From: Vitrella brassicaformis CCMP3155
Taxonomy: Eukaryota > Protista > Chromerida
DNA length: 64,000 nucleotides
Direction of reading: 5' to 3'
NCBI GenBank assembly: GCA_001179505.1
Contig: CDMY01000247.1
Coordinates: 85,998-149,997, forward strand
Position numbers and translations under genes: made by a program. Positions 61,114-64,000 of the stretch are shown here, piece by piece. The notes beneath the pieces are model-generated. The model ran no database searches, had not been told where the DNA came from, and worked only from the letters and a program-made list of their open reading frames with translations. Within the stretch, counting starts at the first letter, position 1; the number at the start of each line of letters is the position of its first letter.

Positions 61114-62331
61114 ATGCAAAGATCCGCAGAAGGTGTGAATCTCAAGCCCGAGGAATCGCCAGACGTCGTCAACTTGGACACCAGTGCTTTCGTCGCCCTC
61201 TGCTCTGAGGTGACAAATGAAAGATGCGTCGGCGGGCGCTGGAATGTTTTGCTTGTTCCTTGTTTGCAGATGACACACTCTCAAGCGAGGGCAACGGCAT
61301 GTCTGTCGCCCCGCCAACAGGCAAGCAGTCCACCTGATACGTCTGTCATCACAAAATCATTCGTTCATTCGTTCATTCGTTCATTCGTTCATTCGTTCAT
61401 TCATTCATTCATTTGTGTTTGTTATGTGTCTGTCACCGCTGATCTCATCCATCAGGATCTCCGTGCCTCGCAGGTCGGCGATGAACAGTCGGATCCAGGA
61501 AAATGCAGGCGCATTCTCGCGGTAAGAAAATTTCACCAACCTTTGCATATGCGTGGATTCTCTGGCTGGAGGTTCTCTGGTGTGCTGGTGCAGCGGCACC
61601 TGAGTGAATGCCGGTCAGCAAGGGAAGATGCAGCGGCGCCTCGCCGTCTGTGCAGTGTTCGCTTCGTCGTGACTGACGTCGTGCTGCGGGAGCTCAAGGC
61701 CATCTTGCCACTGGTATGTGATCGAGGATGCAGAAGACCGTTATGGCCATTGGATTGCCTTATGTTCTTTCAGGCAGGTGTGAACGAGCTGTGTCGTGCT
61801 TCTCACATCCTCTCTGCTGCGGAGCCATGCAAAACGGCAAATGTCGCGCCCAATGATGAAGATGGCGGAGGCGCTTCTCCCTGTCCACAAAGCACAGGCC
61901 ACGTTGGCGAGAAATCAGCCTTCCTCTACGGCACCGTAGAGCAGCTGAGGGCAGCACTGGAGCGAAGGGCAGCCGAGAGAAGCATGCGGTGGTGCTGCCC
62001 GCTCGACTTGCAGTTGACCCAGAAGGTCCGCCTGAGGCATTTGCGGGTGTTTGCTCCATCTTTCGCAAGTAAGCGACACAAGCATGACAGTCTTCTGCCT
62101 GTCTGTTATGTGTGGGCTGCTGTGTGTTGTGTGTGTGCTGTCCTGTCAGGTGACCACAGCTGGCCGACTCTTACGTCTGATGTATCTTTCCTTCGTGCGT
62201 GTGCTGATCAGCTGCCCCTGGTCAGGTGCGAGGGTGATGAATCGTGTGGTGATGTGTGGGTTGATGGACGGGAGGGTGAGAGGAGGATAGTTGCACTGAC
62301 GCACCCGCCCAGATCGCTTGTGGGGCTATGA
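61114..62331 (+). CDS. DUF1308 / UPF0415 (C7orf25-like, PIN-like) protein
   Basis: VNLDTSAFVALCSEVTN, VVTDVVLRELKAIL..AGVNELCRASHIL, GDHSWPTLTSD.SFLRA, and C-terminal HPPRSL, which follow the order of motifs I recall for this family. The 5' end is uncertain. Confidence 0.7.
   Translation: MQRSAEGVNLKPEESPDVVNLDTSAFVALCSEVTNERCVGGRWNVLLVPCLQMTHSQARATACLSPRQQASSPPDTSVITKSFVHSFIRSFVHSFIHSFICVCYVSVTADLIHQDLRASQVGDEQSDPGKCRRILAVRKFHQPLHMRGFSGWRFSGVLVQRHLSECRSAREDAAAPRRLCSVRFVVTDVVLRELKAILPLVCDRGCRRPLWPLDCLMFFQAGVNELCRASHILSAAEPCKTANVAPNDEDGGGASPCPQSTGHVGEKSAFLYGTVEQLRAALERRAAERSMRWCCPLDLQLTQKVRLRHLRVFAPSFASKRHKHDSLLPVCYVWAAVCCVCAVLSGDHSWPTLTSDVSFLRACADQLPLVRCEGDESCGDVWVDGREGERRIVALTHPPRSLVGL
61357..61392. 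repeat. Intronic (TTCATTCG)n / (TTCA)n microsatellite
   Basis: tcattcgttcattcgttcattcgttcattcgttcattcgttcattcattcattc. Confidence 0.85.
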
Positions 62332-62752
62332 CCCTGGTTGTTGACAGATAGGTGGCATACGTCGGTCAATTGGATGTGGTACCTGCGTTGATGTGTCCGG
62401 GAAAGTGTACACGAGCTCTGAGACAATCGATGGGCGAGACGAGACACACACAGATTGTGCTGTGACTGTGCGTGATGGATGGGTATGAATATTTATGTGT
62501 ATCATGTGCCACAGTAAAGGTGAACGGGTGAAGAGGCTTTGCAGCGAAGAAAGGCGTCTTTCACCCTGTAGAAGGCTCAGTGTGCATATATATAGCTGAG
62601 GCGTACTTGGTGACTCCCGTTTTGTTTTTCTCGGCCTTTGTCAAACGTGGCGGCTCACGTGAAAGCAGAGTATATAATCGTCAGCAATAGATCGCTATGT
62701 GTCAAGTCACTTTCCAATTGCTCATCAACCTTTCCACCCAACCATCAACCTT

Positions 62753-64000
62753 TCAATAACCGCCCCTCTTCCTTCTCACCCTCGGCGGCCCTCCCTGCCA
62801 ACTACTGCTTCCCTCGAGTGGGAAAGGATATGCAAGTGCTTCTGCAGCTTGCTGGTTGCCATCATGCTGCCTTGCGCGGAGGGCGGGCGAATTCTGGTCT
62901 TCATCGGGATGCTGATGTGAGATCGGTGGGAGAGAGGACGCCTTGCACTGCAGTGGGTGCTGATTGTCATGGTCAGATATAGACATCAGTGCGCACACAG
63001 ATGCGAAGCCGATCAGCAGCACCAGGAGCTTCTTGGCTTTGAGAGAGAGCGATGAAAGGGAGGAAGAGATGGGGGCGTTCAGCTCGCCGACTAATAGATC
63101 CCACACGCCTATGTACAGGAAGCTGCCCGCTGACACGGCAGTCAGCACACCTGTGAGAAGAAAAGTGACACACCGGTCCATGAGCTTGCTCTCTTTCGTC
63201 GCATTTTTCCTTCGGCGGTGAGGGCAGCTGTCGTTGCGCACATCACGATCCCGCCCACCAACATGGCCATAGGTGTCATCAACGCAAACAAAGATATTAG
63301 AACGACTAAACGACGGACGGACACGCCACTCTGAAGGACACGAGGAGACAGTGAGAGAGTCAAGGGCACAGCGGAACCACCTCTTCTTGTTTGCATGGCC
63401 TTGCATACCTGCAGCATTGCCGACCCTAATGCGAACGCCTCCAGTCCCTTGTGGATGAGCAGTCCAACCAGCATCTCAGCCATCCCTCCCCGGCTTCGAA
63501 CCACGAGCCCGATACCCTCCATTGCCGAGTGAAAGGCCAACGCAAGAACATAAGAGCTCCGGTACGTGTAAACTACGGTGTAAACTCAGTGGGCACAAAA
63601 TGGCGGCCTCGCTGGTTGCCGTTCTCCTGTGGTCGTCTCTCACGACGGCCTCAGCAGATGAGCACGAGAGAAGCTTCCTTTTTCCCTCTGCCGCAGAGGG
63701 CATGGCCGCGTCGTTGGATCAGGCGCCGTCCTCCTCTTCATCATCTCCGTTTGTCGTGGAGGGGGCTGTGCGTCCATGGGGCGATGGGCTGTTCGAGTAC
63801 ATGCATCCCCGGCCAGGGGCGCTGCACGTGTCGGAGCTGACGTCGATTGCAGTCCGGTGATGCGCAGCAAAGATGAGACGCTCGTTTCAGTGTGCGTGTA
63901 TGTCCCGTCAGGGAGGGCGATTTGGTCATCCCCACTGATCTCGACGCACTCTTTGATGTGGAGGGCCGGCAGAGCGGCAAGGTGGATGGCCGCGTCGTCC
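62753..64000 (-). CDS. ZIP (Zrt/Irt) family metal transporter, 5'-partial
   Basis: TM4 LAFHSAMEGIGL, TM5 LLIHKGLEAFALG, TM6 LFALMTPMAMLVG, TM7 AVSAGSFLYIGVWDLL..EL, TM8 KLLVLLIGF. The gene runs off the right edge of the window. Confidence 0.9.

Noticed and set aside
1-64000. Transposons, tRNA or rRNA genes
   Set aside because: No transposase, reverse transcriptase or integrase motifs, terminal repeats with target duplications, or cloverleaf or rRNA signatures were recognised by eye. tRNAscan-SE and RepeatModeler would be needed to exclude them.

Overview
This is an intron-rich, GC-rich eukaryotic window with no sign of prokaryotic origin. The short GT-AG introns with AC/AG-rich 5' halves and TG/TC-rich 3' halves, the ApiAP2-like protein and the cytosolic-type glucan water dikinase suggest a chrompodellid alveolate such as Vitrella (inference). 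About 24 spliced genes can be traced. They include two inverted ankyrin-repeat TRP-like channel paralogs (the left copy has three lesions, the right copy has an 82-bp frameshifting duplication), a decayed tRNA-dihydrouridine synthase (DUS1-like), and a triple-AP2-like/AT-hook-like/SAM-like protein. Others are a stand-alone HPt phosphorelay protein, alpha-glucan water dikinase, a divergent CDK-like kinase, two coiled-coil proteins, PAM18, an NT5C3-like nucleotidase, a DUF1308-like protein and a partial ZIP transporter. A 25-39 kb block holds five signal-peptide or signal-anchor genes: an RTX-like protein, two paralogous beta-sandwich proteins, a metallophosphoesterase and a methyltransferase; all but the phosphoesterase look bacterial in sequence. 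Every + strand gene sits head-to-head with a - strand gene. No tRNA, rRNA, CRISPR array or transposase was seen. Exon boundaries were read by eye and domain calls come from remembered motifs, not database searches.
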